From the NCBI GenBank assembly GCA_028826165.1, contig JAPDFW010000070.1, positions 1,587,859 to 1,651,858 on the forward strand: DNA of 64,000 nt, given 5' to 3'. A model generated the notes under the pieces. The model was given only the letters and a program-made list of their open reading frames with translations. It was not told the DNA's origin and made no database searches. A program made the position numbers and the translations under genes. The DNA comes from Anaeramoeba ignava BMAN (Eukaryota > Protista > Anaeramoebae). Positions 30,965 through 45,338 of this stretch are shown piece after piece; position 1 is the first letter of the stretch, and each line of letters starts with the position of its first letter.

Positions 30965-33900
30965 ATGCAAAACGATTCAAAAGAAAATCAAAAAGAAAAA
31001 ACTCAAAGTTTTGATTTTATTAATGAACTTATTAATTTTCAACAAAATTTAAAACAAAGTAAATTTTAATTTATAAATGAATTTTAAATTTTAATTTTGA
31101 ATTTTTAATTTTAAAATGAAAATAAAAAGATTTTGGTGAACAATTTATTAAAATTTTAGAACAAATGGATAATTTATTAAATAAATTTCAAGAAAATCAA
31201 GAAAACCATGAATTAATTATAATTGAATTTGGAAAAAATTTATTGAATATTCTTCAAGATTTAAGAAGAAGGTAAAAATTTTTTTTCATTTTAAATAAAA
31301 AATTCTCAGTTTTTTTTTTTGAAATTCATTTCCTTATTATTTATATTACTAAAAATAGAGTTTTAGATAATTCTGCAAGTTCTGTTTTGATGAAATTTTA
31401 TCAATCAATAATTATTTTTTCAATTAAACATTTAAAAGACTCAAATTATCAAAATATTTTGGAAATTCTTTCTTATTTATTTTCAAACTCTCTTTATTCT
31501 TTTGATAATGTTTCAAATTTAATCAAAAATGATTCAAAATATCAAAAAAAAAGACATAATTATACAAAAGAACCAAATCAAAAAAAAAGAGCAAAAAAAA
31601 AGAAAAAACCAAAATTAGTTATTCTTGGTGTAAATGAATGAATTTTATTTATTCTTTATTATAAATTAATTTTAATTTTAATTTTAATTTGAATTTGAAT
31701 TTGAAATTTAGTCAAAAGATAACAAAACATCTCTTTATTTACTATCAAATATTCAATATTTTGGGGAAAATGAAGGATTTGAAGTATTAATAGAATCTTT
31801 AAAAATTGATGAAAATATATTTTTAAATGAAAATGAAAATGAAAATGAAAATGAAAATGAAATGAATCAAAAAAATAGAATGGAAAAAAATCAAAAAAAT
31901 CTTGAATCCATTTTTAACTATATCAAATTCTTGCAAAACGTAATTATTCCCTTTTTCTTTCTTCTCCAAATCAAATTGAGAGAAGGGAGACAAAAAAAAA
32001 AAAGGAAAAACAATTTATATATTCATTTATAAAAATATTTCAAATTAAATTAAATTAGATTGATGAATTCCTAAATACATTTACTCATGAAAAATATATC
32101 AAGAAATTTATCGATATAGCCTATAATGAATTAGAAAAAATTTTTAAATACGAAATACCTGATTCAAATAACTTCACAAGAACTCTAAATACTTCATTAT
32201 CAAACATGAAAAAACTAATGCAAAAAATACCAAGTTTGAATCATCTTCATATCCTTGAAAAATCAATACAATTTAAAATGGAAATATCAGAAATACTTTT
32301 GGATCATTCTCGAATCGAAGATCAATCTCTCGGATTAACAACAATATCTTCTTTGATAAGAGAGATTAGAGATCTTATGAATGGTTCAAGAAATGACAAA
32401 ATATCGCGTTCCAGACGCAAAATATACTCTTCAGAATCAGAATTGGCTATTAAAACATTTATGAATTGGTTGAAGGAAAAAAAAATTATAGAAAAGGAAT
32501 TCCAAAGAGAAAAAAAAAACACAAATAATTTGAAACAAATGAATGTTATCATCCTGTTTTATGGAACAATCCAAGATTTCCCAAATGATATTCTTGATTA
32601 TATTTGGAAACTCTCACAGCAAAATTGGGATTCAAATCGGCCGTTAAAACAAGCATTACATTCTAATTTATCAGCAGTTTCACAAATTGCAACAACAAAA
32701 CAATTGAAGCAATTTGATGAATATTTTCGCAAAATCCCAAAGGAAAAGTATGATTTTGATTTTTTGGAGGTTCTCAACAATTTCACAATTGCAATGATCA
32801 GAAAAATTCCCAAAAAAGAGGCCAAAAAATCCTTTGGAATTTCAATCATGTGGAAATTAATCCAAGAGAACTCGGGTGTTTCTCCTTCACTATCAACAAA
32901 AGCAACATCAAACCTCAAAAATTTACTCAATAAACCAGAATGCAAATCAATTCGCAGCTTTTATCAAAAATTATGTGTCCAAAATATTGAAAAACACACA
33001 ACAATTTTATTGAGTCTCAATCTTCTGAAAAATATCATTTTTAGAGAAGGAAAAGATGATCATTACGACAAAATTAATTTCAAAGCAATTGAAAATAAAA
33101 TTCATGATTTGGAAAAGAAAAAGCACATTGTGGATATTTTACTCAATGATTTTGATGTTTATCATAAAAATGCAAAGGAACAAGCCTACAAACTTTCGAA
33201 TTTACAGAAGGAAATCTCGTCAGAATTATCATCCAACTCGAAAATCCAGAGTGAAAAAATTGAATCAGATATTTTGGAAATTTCTAAATTAGTGGAAAAT
33301 AACGAAAATATTTGGAATTACAATTCAGATCATTTTTTTGATATTGATATTTCAACAACATATCTTGTTGGAGCACAATCTCATCTCGAAAATATTCAAC
33401 AAAGATTACTTTTCCTCACTTTTATTCTTTCAAATTCCAAAATCACATTATCATTATCTCAATTTAATATCTTGTTTAAAATTCTTGTTTTGGATTCAAT
33501 CGCAAAAACTGAAAAAGATTTACTCATCCAATTTCTTCTTTCATTAAAGCTAAATAACGCTGAAATTGGGGAATCATTTACAACAGAAGATTTGCAGTTT
33601 ATTTCAACCAAAATTATTGCCAAATTGGATTTTAGACATTCTAATATTTCGGAATACAACGTTTTCCAAAAATTCTTTATTGCTTTGAATTATCGTCTTA
33701 AAAAAATTACTTTTAAAAATGAAAAAGTAGAATCCTCCCAACAAGATAAATCGCCTTCCCAAAATCGTCCAAGATATTTTCTCCGCAGAAATCAATCTAA
33801 CGAAGATTTAACAAATCAATATTCCAATATTCCCAAACCAGATAATCTTTTTATTTGTTCTCCAAGCCTTTTTTTGATTGAAAATCTTTGGGATTTGATT

Positions 33901-36900
33901 TTATATGCGACTGATTCTGAAGTGATAGAACAATCTATTAATTTTATGTCAAAACTGCATCTATCTCTTTCTTCTCAATTTTTCAAAACACCAGAATCAC
34001 AAAAGAATTTTTATCATCAATTCATCTCATTTGTAATGGATCGCATTTCACAAATTTTTGAATCTGAGAGTAATTCTAAAGAAAAAGAGCTTGTAAAATC
34101 AAATGAAGATCAAGAAAAAATTTGTCGTTATTTGCAATTATTGCAAAAATTTATTGATTTATACGATGCAAAATATTTTCCCGAAAATATGCTTTCAGAA
34201 TATCTTCAACCTCATCGTTTAAGACTTGGAGCTTCTCAATTAAATTTGGTTTTTAATTATGAGGAAAATCAATTCATGGTTATTATTCACAACACATCAA
34301 AGGCACAAACATTAAAACAAATCATTTCAAAGCAAATTGAAGTGAATATTGAAGAATTAACGTTTTTTGTTGATAAAAAAACTCTTAAATCAGATGACAA
34401 GAAATTATATTCAATCGGAATCAATAATTCATCATCAATTATTGTGAAAAGGAAAACAGTTCCAAAAACACAAACTCAAAATACAACAACACAAAAAGAA
34501 ACAAATGACGAAAAAAATAAGGAAAGTTCTGTTCCAAAAAAGAATGAAACAGAACCTAAAGAAAAAAAAAAGCTCACAAAGGATGAAAAAAAATTGCAAA
34601 AATTAAGGAAAAAATATTACAAAAAGCAAGAAAAACAACAGAAAAAATTGGCAAAAATGGAAAATAAATTGGAAAAAATGGAAAAGAAAAAAGAATTCAA
34701 AAAAAAGAAAAAACAACAAACTGAAAAAGATGAAATTGGGAAGGAAAATGAAAACGAAAAAGAAAATGATGAGAATTCAAAACCAGATCGATTTCCAGCA
34801 ATTTTACTTTCTCAAAAAGATAATTTTGATATTCTGATCAAATTGTTTACTTTATCATTAAAAGTTGGACAAACAACTTGGGAGCTTATTCAAAAACTTC
34901 CAACAAATTCAATTTTATTAATGCAATTAGCATCTTTAACTGAAAATAAACTGAAATATTTTGGAGACCAAATTAAAAATGAAGAAATGGAGAAAAAAGA
35001 GAATGATCTAGATGCTATAATTAGTGATAATTATTATCAATTACTTTACATTTTGGATATTATCCAGATTATGACTATTGTTGATGAATCACAAAGAGAA
35101 GAAAACATATCGAAATTTGGGAATTTGAGAGATGATGAATGGTGTTCTGCTTTTATTGAAAAAAAGGGATTTGCAAGACTTATTAATATTATTACCAAAT
35201 ATTCAGAAAAACTTAACAGCAAAGAAAACAAGAACAATTCGCAGAAAAATCAAAAATTAAACACTGCTTTAATTAGTGTTTTGAATCGATTGATGGAAAT
35301 CATCCTCTTTATCATAAGTGTACAACCTCCTCAAAGGATGGAATCTCCAATACCAAAGATTCTTCACCAAGAATTGCAAGAATCAACAAAATTAGATGAT
35401 ATTCTTTCCCAATTTTTCCTTTCTGTTTGCCAACTTATTTTGTTTTTCTCAATTGAATCAAACAGAACTGATATTTCACAAGAAATTTCCCAAAATTGTG
35501 CGCATTTTATTGAATCATCAATTGTTGTGATTGGGTTATTATTCAGAAACAAGCCGAGTATTATTAGCAAAATAAAAGAGGATTATCTACTTGCAATATT
35601 CCTAAATTTGATTGAGTATTCTGTTTTGAATTCAAACTCCCAAATACGTAGTGCAATTTCTGAGTTTCTTTACATTTTATTAACATATTTAATTTCCATC
35701 AATGATTTCCAAGGATTTGTTGAAAGGCTTTTCAAACAACTTATTATTGAAACACTTCCACAAGTTGAGAAGGCTTCTCAAAAAAGCTCTGAATATTTTC
35801 TTCTGACAACTCGATTACTGAATTACTCGCAAAAACAAGGAAATGAAGAAAAAATGATTTATCCATTTGCCATTTTTATTGAAAAATTTGGAATCGAAAA
35901 GTTTATCGGAGATGTAGTCAGTTATATTAAGAATCATCCCTTGATTGAGAAAAATTCAATATTGGAAAATACAGATTGGACTCTTAAAGGGTTTTTTGAT
36001 TTGCTATATTCATTGATCGTAATTTTCAATTTTGATGCAAATTTTAAAGAAGAAATTGGGATCCAAAAGGGATTAATTGATGAACTTTATGAAAATTGTT
36101 TATTTCCTTCAGTAGAAAAAAATCCAGATGAAAATTCGAATTCAAAATTCGAAGAACAAAAATTTATGGAAAAATTGCAAAAAGAAAATATAAATGAATT
36201 GGAACCTCTTTTTCAAAAACAGGAAATACTCGAAATAAAAATGCCCAAATGTCAAACACAGCATAGCAGAACATCATGTTTCAATCTTTTATTTGGAATA
36301 ATCCATCACTCTTCCAAAAATATTGAGTATTTAATGGAGAAAATGAAAACGCAATTAAGAAATTCAGAAAAAATATCAAGTTGGGATTTTACGCCTTCAG
36401 TTATGGGGACAGAAAAGAACATTGGATATCTGGGACTCAAGAATCAAGGAGCAACATGTTATATGAATTCTGTTTTACAACAACTTTTTCTTGCTCCTGA
36501 ATTTCGAGAAGGAATTCTTGCATCAAATTTAAAGAAGAAACAAGAAGGAGAAGAAATTTCAGACAACGAAAAACTATATGAAGAATTTTATTATTTATTC
36601 CAAATATTACAAAACTCACATAAAACATACCACGATCCAATTTCATTTTGCAAAAACTTTAAAGATTTAGAAGGAAATCCTATTAATTTGCATCAACAAC
36701 AAGATGCAAACGAGTTTTTGAATATGCTTTTCGAAAGAATCGAGGATCAATTACAAAGCAGTGAGCAGAAGAATCTTCTCAAACAAACATTTGGAGGTAA
36801 ATTAATACATCAAGTGATATGCGAAGAGAGTTCTCATCGTTCAGAAAGAGAAGAGCCATTTTTTACAGTGTCTTTGCAAGTGAAAAATAAAACATCATTA

Positions 36901-39066
36901 GAACAATCACTTGATTTATTTATTGCAGGAGATTTACTTAACAATGAAAATCAATATTTCTGCACATATTGTGATAAGAAAGTGGATGCTGTTAAAAGAT
37001 GCTGTTTCTTTTCATTACCAAACACTTTGATACTTCATTTGAAACGATTTGAATTTGATCTTGAATCAATGAAAAACATTAAGCTCAATTCCTATCTTGA
37101 ATTTCCAACAGAAATATGCATGAAACCTTATACACTTGAAGGTATTTTGGAAAAGGAGTTGAATTTAAAAAAGCAAAAGCAAAATCAAAAATCAAAATCA
37201 GAATGAAAATGAGAATGAAAATGAATCAATTAACGAATCAACAAATGAATCAACAAATGAAATTGAAAATGAAAATCAAAATGAAAATGAATCTACAAAC
37301 GAATCTATAAATTCAGAAAAAAGTTTGAAATCAAAAGAGATTGAAATCCAAAATCGAACAAAACCTGATGATTATTATAATTATAAACTAGTTGGGGTTG
37401 TTGTTCATTCAGGATCTTCTGAATTTGGACATTATTATTCTTATATTCGAGAAAGAACATCCAAAAATCAAAGCACATTTTTATGGAACGAATTCAATGA
37501 TACAGCAGTAAGAAGCTTTGATATAAACGATTTATCAAAAGCAACATTTGGATCAAAAAAAAACGCAAATGAATTTGAAAAAAGATATAGCGGATATATG
37601 TTACTATATGAAAGGAAAACAAGATATGATTACGAAACACAAGAACCAAAAGAAATGAAACTCAAACAACAGAATTCATTTGAATTGATGAAAAAAATAC
37701 GCAGACAAAAAATGATGCAAAAAAACAATGAATATCGAATTTATGATCCAAAATATTTCGAGTTTTTAATGACGTTTTTGCAAGATTTTCAATCAATTCA
37801 GGAATTGAAAGACCATCAAATTGAATTGAATACTTTTGATATTGTGAAATTCTTTACAGTTTTTAGTATTGATATTATTCTTCATTCAAAAGCAAGATCT
37901 GAATTTAATATTTGGATGAAATTTTTGGAAAAATTTTATACAAATGAAGAATCATCAAAATGGTTTATTAATAATTGTATTGAATCTTCTTGGATTGAAT
38001 CAATTATTGTGAAATGTCCTTTTATTGAGATTAAGAAAGAATTTGTTCATTTTATTGATTCTGTAGCAAAAGTTCTTTCAAATTTTGAAAAGGAAAAATA
38101 TCATGAATTTGAAAATGAAAATGAAAATGAAATTCCAAAATCATTTTTGATTAGATTAATTAATCATCTTCTTTTAAATGTATAATTTCTAAAAAAAAAA
38201 AACAAAAACAAGAAATGATCTTTATTTAAAAATTTTTAATTCTTTAATTTTATTATTTTTAAATTTTTAGATGGAAAATTTTGAAAGGAAAAAAAAATCC
38301 TTATTATTTTATTCTTATTCTCTCAAATTTTTCACTTCTTGGCGAACAAGAATCAAAATATCTGATTAAAAAACAAACTCATTTCAAAATTATTGATTTA
38401 TATATGAATGAATATTATCATTTTGTTAATCCAAAAAATACTACACGACCAATTAGAACAAATTTAGTCCAAGCAAATCGATTTAAAAAACAAAATATTT
38501 CAGAAGAACAACCTCAAAATATGACTAAAAATTTATTTCCGCTTATTGAATTATTAACTACATTATTTACTCAGTGCAAATTTTCAGATGGAATTGTTGA
38601 ATTAAATGAAGATTTTTTTGAAATACCTTCAAATTTTATTATTGAAAAGAAGAAATTTTTTAAGCAAATTATTGAAATTCCATTGAATATTTTCTCTCTT
38701 TACACATTAATTCGTCATCTTAGTAAAGAGTCAAATCAACTTTCTAATTTCTTTATTGATTTATGTTTGAATGAATTGAAAAATCTTGATCCAAAAAAAT
38801 TTCATTATGAAATTGATTTAAATATTTTAAAAAAAATTTTGGAAATTTCTGATAATTTTCAAGAAGAAAGAACAAATAAAATTCTTTTGGAATTGATTGG
38901 AATTGTTTCTGAAATTGGAAATTCTAATAGATTTATTGGATCTAAAATTGCTTCTGAAATTAAATTACTTTTTAAATTTAATCCATTTACAAAACAATGG
39001 AAAAAACAAAATATTGAAAATGTTGAAAAATTTTATGAAAAATTTCCTTCTCTTCGAAAAAAATAA
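30965..39066 (+). CDS. Large ubiquitin-specific protease (USP34/USP24/USP9-like); several short 5' exons, 1-nt frameshift near 37190, 3' intron ~38180-38270
   Basis: Cys box GLKNQGATCYMNSVLQQLF, QQDANEF, LHLKRFEFD, His box GVVVHSGSSEFGHYYSYIR..WNEFND; internal Ubl-like segment. Confidence 0.9.
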
Positions 39067-39118
39067 GATTTATTTTTCTTTTCTTTTCTTTTCTTTTTTT
39101 TGATTTTCAATTTGATTT

Positions 39119-41991
39119 TCAATTCATTTCAATAAATGGTTTTAAAATTTTAATTTCATTTTCAATTGAAAATATTGTTGATCCAAAAAAATCATTAAAA
39201 TTTTTATTTGAATTTAAAGCTTTTCTTTCTCCTTCTTTCATTAAACACATTTTAATTTTTTCAATAAAAGATTGAGCAGAAGTCCAAAAAATTTTACGAG
39301 CTTCAATACATAATCTTTAAAAATATAAATATAAATAAAAATAAAAATATAAAAATATAAAATTTAAATGAAAATAATTTTTTTTTACTTGATTGATGTT
39401 GTAATTTCTTCAGAACTCCTATTTAAGTTTATAAAAAAAAAAACCAAATATTATTTAATTATTTAAAGATTTATTTATTTATTTACTTATTTATTTACCA
39501 TAAACTACTATTATTATTAATTGAACGTTCAATTACTTCTTGTAAAAAATAAGTTGTTGTACAAAATTGCCAAGAAACACTGCATAATAATTGGATTAAT
39601 TGATAAAGGAACCAATCCAAACTAAATATTTATCAATTTCATATTTTTTTTAAATATTTATCAATTTAATTTAAATATATTTCATGTTTTTTAAATATTT
39701 ATCAATTTCATTTAAATATATTTCATGTTTTTAAATATTTATCAATTTCATTTAAATATATTTCATGTTTTTTTAAATATTTATCAATTTCATTTAAATA
39801 TATTTCATATTTTTTTAAATATTTATCAATTTCATTTAAATATATTTCATGTTTTTTTAAATATTTATCAATTTAATGCTGTTTAAATATTTATATTTCA
39901 TTTTTTTGTTTAAATATTTATATTTAATGTTTTTTAAATATTTATCAATTTAATGTTTTTGTTTAAATATATTTCTTGTTGTTTAAATATTTATATTTCA
40001 TTTTGTTTAAATATATTTAATGTTGTTTAAATATATTTCATTTTGTTTAAATATTTATCAATTTAATGCTGTTTAAATATATTTCATGTTGTTTAAATAT
40101 TTATCAATTTCATTTTGTTTAAATATTTATCAATTTAATGTTGTTTAAATATTTATATTTCATTTTGTTTAAATATATTTCATTTTTTTGTTTAAATATT
40201 TATCAATTTGTTTAAATATATTTCATGTTTTTTAAATATTTATCAATTTAATGTTGTTTAAATATTTATCAATTTAATGTTGTTTAAATATTTATCAATT
40301 TAATGTTGTTTAAATATTTATCAATTTAATGTTGTTTAAATATTTATCAATTTAATGTTGTTTAAATATTTATCAATTTAATGTTGTTTAAATATTTATC
40401 AATTTAATGTTGTTTAAATATTTATCAATTTATTGTTTAAATATTTATCAATTTAATGTTGTTTAAATATTTATCAATTTAATGTTGTTTAAATATTTAT
40501 CAATTTAATGTTGTTTAAATATTTATCAATTTAATGTTTTTGTTTAAATATATTTCTTGTTGTTTAAATATTTATATTTCATTTTGTTTAAATATATTTA
40601 ATGTTGTTTAAATATATTTCATTTTTTTGTTTAAATATTTATCAATTTAATGTTGTTTAAATATATTTCATGTTGTTTAAATATTTATATTTCATGCTGT
40701 TTAAATATTTATCAATTTAATGTTTTTTAAATATTTATCAATTTCATATTTTTTAAATATATTTCATTTTTTTGTTTAAATATTTATCATTTTGTTTAAA
40801 TATGTTTTAAATATTTATCAATTTAATGTTGTTTAAATATTTATCAATTTAATGTTGTTTAAATATTTATCAATTTATTGTTTAAATATTTATCAATTTA
40901 ATGTTGTTTAAATATTTATCAATTTAATGTTGTTTAAATATTTATCAATTTAATGTTGTTTAAATATTTATCAATTTAATGTTTTTGTTTAAATATATTT
41001 CATGTTTTTTAAATATTTATCAATTTAATGTTGTTTAAATATATTTCATGTTGTTTAAATATATTTCTTGTTGTTTAAATATTTATATTTCATTTTTTTT
41101 AAATATTTATCAATTTCATGTTTTTTTTTAAATATTTATAAATTTAATGTTGTTTAAATATATTTCTTGTTGTTTAAATATATTTCATGCTGTTTAAATA
41201 TTTATCAATTTCATATTTTTTAAATATTATATTTCATTTTGTTTAAATATATTTCATTTTGTTTAAATATTTATCAATTTCATGTTTTTTAAATATTTAT
41301 AAATTTAATGTTGTTTAAATATTTATCAATTTAATGCTGTTTAAATATTTTTCATGTTGTTTAAATATATTTCATGCTGTTTAAATATATTTCATGCTGT
41401 TTAAATTTTCATATAAATTTACTCAAAAACAATATTAATTTTTTCTTTTGGACTCATTAAATTTTGTTGTTCATTTTCTTTTTCAGTAAATGTTTCTGAA
41501 GTTGATTCAACCATATCAGATTCCATTTCAATTTTTTCAAATTCACTTTCAGTTTCATTATCTTTTTCTTTTTCTGAATCTTTTTCATTAGTTTTTGATT
41601 TTTCTCTTATATTTGGAGATGAATCTTTTTCAGATTGATTTGATTGGTATAAATACTTTTCTTCTCGTGGAATTTTTTTTGATTGATATTCACAAATTTT
41701 AAAGTTTGATTTAATATGTTGTAAAAGATCTGTAATTAAAATATCAATTCTGGAAAGTTGTTCAATTCCATAATTTGAGAAATCTGTAAATTGTTTAGTT
41801 AATTGTTTATTATTTAAAATTTCCTTAACTTTAAAAGAAGAAGAAAAGAAAAGAAAAGAAAAGAAAAGAAAAAAAATTATTTTAGTTTTTGTTTGATTTT
41901 CAATAAATTATTTTTTTATAAGAAATGCACTTGTTAAACTTTGTTTTTCACAAAAAGAAAATAAATCCACAATAAAATTACGAAGAGACAT
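39119..41991 (-). CDS. Hypothetical protein absent from the ORF track; 5 exons (~41931-41991, 41423-41828, 39499-39621, 39389-39418, 39119-39314)
   Basis: Exons splice in frame through GT-AG introns: MSLRNFIVDLFSF..KEILNNKQL..DLDWFLYQLIQLL..WSSEEITTSIKLCIEARKIFW..EMN*. Confidence 0.7.
39622..41422 (-). repeat. 1.8-kb intron filled with ~26-mer satellite (plus strand TTTAAATATTTATCAATTTAATGTTG)n
   Basis: Tandem ~20-27-nt variants. Confidence 0.9.
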
Positions 41992-42078
41992 AAAAAGAAA
42001 AAAAGAAAGAAAAATGAAAAAAAAAATTTTGAAAAAAAAAAAACACAATTTCATTTTTTCCTTTATTTTTTTTATAAA

Positions 42079-43482
42079 ATGTCAAGAGTAATAAATCAAC
42101 AATTTCAAGTAGTAATTTTAGCAGGAGGACATGGAAGCAAGATGAATCCATTAGCAAAAGATATAGCAAAACCACTTTTAAGAGTAGGAAATCGACCGTT
42201 AATTTCATATGTTTTAGAAATGATGCAAAAAGCACAATTTGATGAAGTAATAATAGTAACTCATTCACAAATGGTTTCTCAAATACAATCCTATCTTGAA
42301 ACTTCTGATATAAAATCTAACACTCGAATTATTACTGTTAAAGAAGATCTTGGAACTGCAGATGTTCTTCGTTCAATTCGTGAGCAAATTAGAAGTGATT
42401 TTATCGTCATTTCCTCTGATTTGATTACTGATGCTCCTTTACATCATGTTGCTGATATTCATCGTATATTTCCAATTATTTTTATATTCAAAAAAAAATT
42501 TTTTTTTTCTTTCTTTCTAAATATTTGATTTGATTTGATTTTAAAATATAAAGGTGTTTTTGATAGTACAGTTACTCTTCTTCTTCATCAAGAAGAAAAA
42601 GAAACTTTAACCCAAATGCAAAAGGATAAATTTTACTATCAAGATTATATTGGTCTTAATGAGGACAATATTTGCTTTTTTGGATCTTCAATTGATTTTG
42701 AAAAAAGAATCAAAACAAAACCTTGGATTCTTAATAAATACGGAGAATTTTCTTTGCATAGAAATCTCACTGATAGTCATATTTATATATTCTCAAGATG
42801 GATTCTTGATCTTCTTTCAATCAAGAAAGAAATATCCTCGATAAAAGGAGATTTAATTCCTTATTTGGTTTCCAAGCAAGCAACTTTACTTCAAAAAGAA
42901 AAATACTCCAAAATATTCAAGAGATTCCACAAACAAGCACCTGTCCAAAAATCCATCAATTGCATTGCAGTTATCGATAGCAAAGAGCCTCATATCTCCA
43001 AATTTAATAACTATGAAAATGTCAAATCAAGCAATATCTTTATTCGTGTTAATACAGTCTCTTCTTACAAAAGAGCAAACTTTGAAATTGCAAAAGCAAC
43101 ATCGGAATTGCTACCGTTTGAGAAAAAAGTGAGTGATGATTTTGTTGATGCAACAACAAATTTGGTAAATGATCCTTTCTTGACTTCTCCTTGCATTATT
43201 GGTCAATGTGTTTCAATCGGTGCAAAAAGTGTATTGATGAAATCTATTATTGGTCCTCATTGCAAAATTGGAGAAAATGTGAAAATCCAAAATTCCATTA
43301 TTATGGATCATGTGACAATTGGAAATGATTGTGTTATTAATGATTCAGTTATTTGTAGTAATTCTCTTATTCAGAATAATTGTGAATTGGTTAGTTGTGT
43401 TGTTGGTTCAACATATTCAATTGAAGAAAATTCATCTTATAAAAACAAACTCTTGAAAAATATGTTCAATTTTTCTAAATGA
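42079..43482 (+). CDS. EIF2B3: Translation initiation factor eIF2B subunit gamma; intron ~42464-42553
   Basis: QVVILAGGHGSKM.P..KPLLRVGNRPLI, LGTADVLR, DFIVISSDLI, DSHIY, SIKGDLIPYLVSKQ and C-terminal hexapeptide repeats. Confidence 0.92.
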
Positions 43483-43627
43483 TTTTTTCACTTTCTAAAA
43501 ATAAAAATTAAAATCAAAATTAAAATAAAAATTTAAATAAATTTAAATTAAAATTATTATTCCTTTTATGTTCCTCTTTTTGTTGTATATTATTATTAAA
43601 AATGAAAAAAAAACATAATAAAAAATT

Positions 43628-45262
43628 CTATTTGTCATCAATTTGATTTGAAACTTCTATATTAATTGTTTCATCTTCTTTTGAATTTTCTTTTGAATTT
43701 TCTTTTGAATTTTCTTTTGAATTTTCTTTTGAATTTTCTTGATCATTTTCAAATTCTCCAACTAAAGATGTTTTCTCATTTGGGAGCGAAGAATCCAAAC
43801 TAGAATAAATTTTTCTTTTTGGAGAATCAATTTTATGGATTTTCGCATCAAAATAAAAGACAGAAAGCATCCCAGTACCAAGAAAACTAAAGAAAATGAT
43901 CAAATTTTGTTGGAGAGTAATTTTATCTCCATAAACAAAAGCCAAACCAGTAGAAAGGGATTGAATCAGTCTGAAAACCGCGAAAGCAGCTTCTTCTTGA
44001 TTCCTGAATAGAAATCCCAACAAAGAGTAGAGTTGTGTGTATGTTGCACCATCACCAACTCCAAAAACTCCCATTCCGAAAAAAAAAAGGTAAATTTTAT
44101 CATTGGAAGCAAACCAAATGATAAGGGCACCAAAAAGCTGATAAAAAGTTGCGAAAATCAATACGATTTTGCGACCAAACTTATCTGAGAGCTTTCCGTG
44201 AAGAAAAGAACTAACTACATCAGCAAATCCAAACACAGACATTACATAGGACACATATTTTTTTTGGATGTGCGATGTAACAGTTCCAAAGTAAATGGTT
44301 TGTGAGATTCCACTAAAAGTCATTAGTAGAAGTAACCATCTCATTTTCTTCTCAACAAAAAGACGAAATGTTTCAGTTAGTCGAGAAGATAATGAAGTTT
44401 GTTGAGAAATGATTTTTTTTTGATCATTTTGATTTTTTTTATTTTCACTTTCAATTTCATTTTCAATTTCATTTTTGTCATTTTCATTTTCAATTTCATT
44501 GTTAATTTCATTTTTGTCATTTTTGTCATTTTCATTGTTAATTTCATTGTTAATTTCATTGTTAATTTCATTGTTATTAATTTCAGTATTTTTGGGAACA
44601 TTTTCAGAATCAACTAAAATTTCATCATTAATAGGGACATATCTTGGACCAGGCTTCCTGAGGAAAAACAGCACAACTAATCCGAAAGTACCCATAATTG
44701 TGAGTATAGTGAACAAGGTAGAATCATTTGCACCACTATTTATAATTCCAGCAGCAACAAGATTTCCAATCATTTGATTAAGTTGAAACAAACCGAAAAA
44801 AATTCCACTTAAAAGACCAATATTATCTTTAGAAGAACATTTAACAACATAAGTTCCGTTACCGCACCAAATCAAAGAAGCACCCAAACCCATTAAAGCA
44901 GAAACGCCAAGATAGATCCATTTGACAAGCTTTATATTAGCAGCAATATAACAGACATAAATAGCTCCTCCAATTATCATTGCTATTCTTGGTTCCATTT
45001 TCCGAACCAAAATTGGAATAAAACAATTCGCTATTGCAAAGCATATATAAAGTACTGCTAAGCTTATAAAACCTAGATCTTTGTTGATTGTTGTCATTAA
45101 ATTTTGTGTTGAATTGAATGCCGAAAATAATATGAAAAATCCAATCCCCATAAATGTAACGTTTGCTATATCATATCTCCATCCACATGTTTTTCTTTCA
45201 TAAAATCCTGGTTTGATTGTTGTTGTTGTTGTTGTTTTTTTTGATTTCTCTTTATTTTGCAT
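43628..45262 (-). CDS. UNC-93-like / MFSD11-type MFS membrane protein
   Basis: GFFILFSAFNSTQNL, GFISLAVLY, GLGASLIWCGNGTYV, GKLSDKFGRK and AAFAVFRLIQS; about 12 TM segments. Confidence 0.88.
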   Translation of the reverse strand: MQNKEKSKKTTTTTTIKPGFYERKTCGWRYDIANVTFMGIGFFILFSAFNSTQNLMTTINKDLGFISLAVLYICFAIANCFIPILVRKMEPRIAMIIGGAIYVCYIAANIKLVKWIYLGVSALMGLGASLIWCGNGTYVVKCSSKDNIGLLSGIFFGLFQLNQMIGNLVAAGIINSGANDSTLFTILTIMGTFGLVVLFFLRKPGPRYVPINDEILVDSENVPKNTEINNNEINNEINNEINNENDKNDKNEINNEIENENDKNEIENEIESENKKNQNDQKKIISQQTSLSSRLTETFRLFVEKKMRWLLLLMTFSGISQTIYFGTVTSHIQKKYVSYVMSVFGFADVVSSFLHGKLSDKFGRKIVLIFATFYQLFGALIIWFASNDKIYLFFFGMGVFGVGDGATYTQLYSLLGFLFRNQEEAAFAVFRLIQSLSTGLAFVYGDKITLQQNLIIFFSFLGTGMLSVFYFDAKIHKIDSPKRKIYSSLDSSLPNEKTSLVGEFENDQENSKENSKENSKENSKENSKEDETINIEVSNQIDDK

Positions 45263-45338
45263 TTTTTAAAAAAGAAAAAAAATGAATTTTTAAAATTAAA
45301 AAAAAAATTTATTTTTTTTCATTTTTTTCTTTTCAAAA

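Noticed and set aside
37180-37210. In-frame TGA in the USP gene as possible selenocysteine, readthrough or programmed frameshift
   Set aside because: The downstream ORF is in another frame, and one extra A in an A-run explains it. Similar single-base homopolymer indels at ~5365, ~48910 and ~54205 point to sequencing consensus error.
30965-39066. Possible intein/Hint insertions in the large proteins (reported in Anaeramoeba)
   Set aside because: I saw no Hint-domain motifs (N-terminal CF/CL, TxxH, terminal HN-C/S/T) in the USP, VPS4 or other ORFs.
39622-41422. ~26-nt repeats as a possible CRISPR array
   Set aside because: Head-to-tail units with no unique spacers, inside a eukaryotic intron, with no cas genes nearby.
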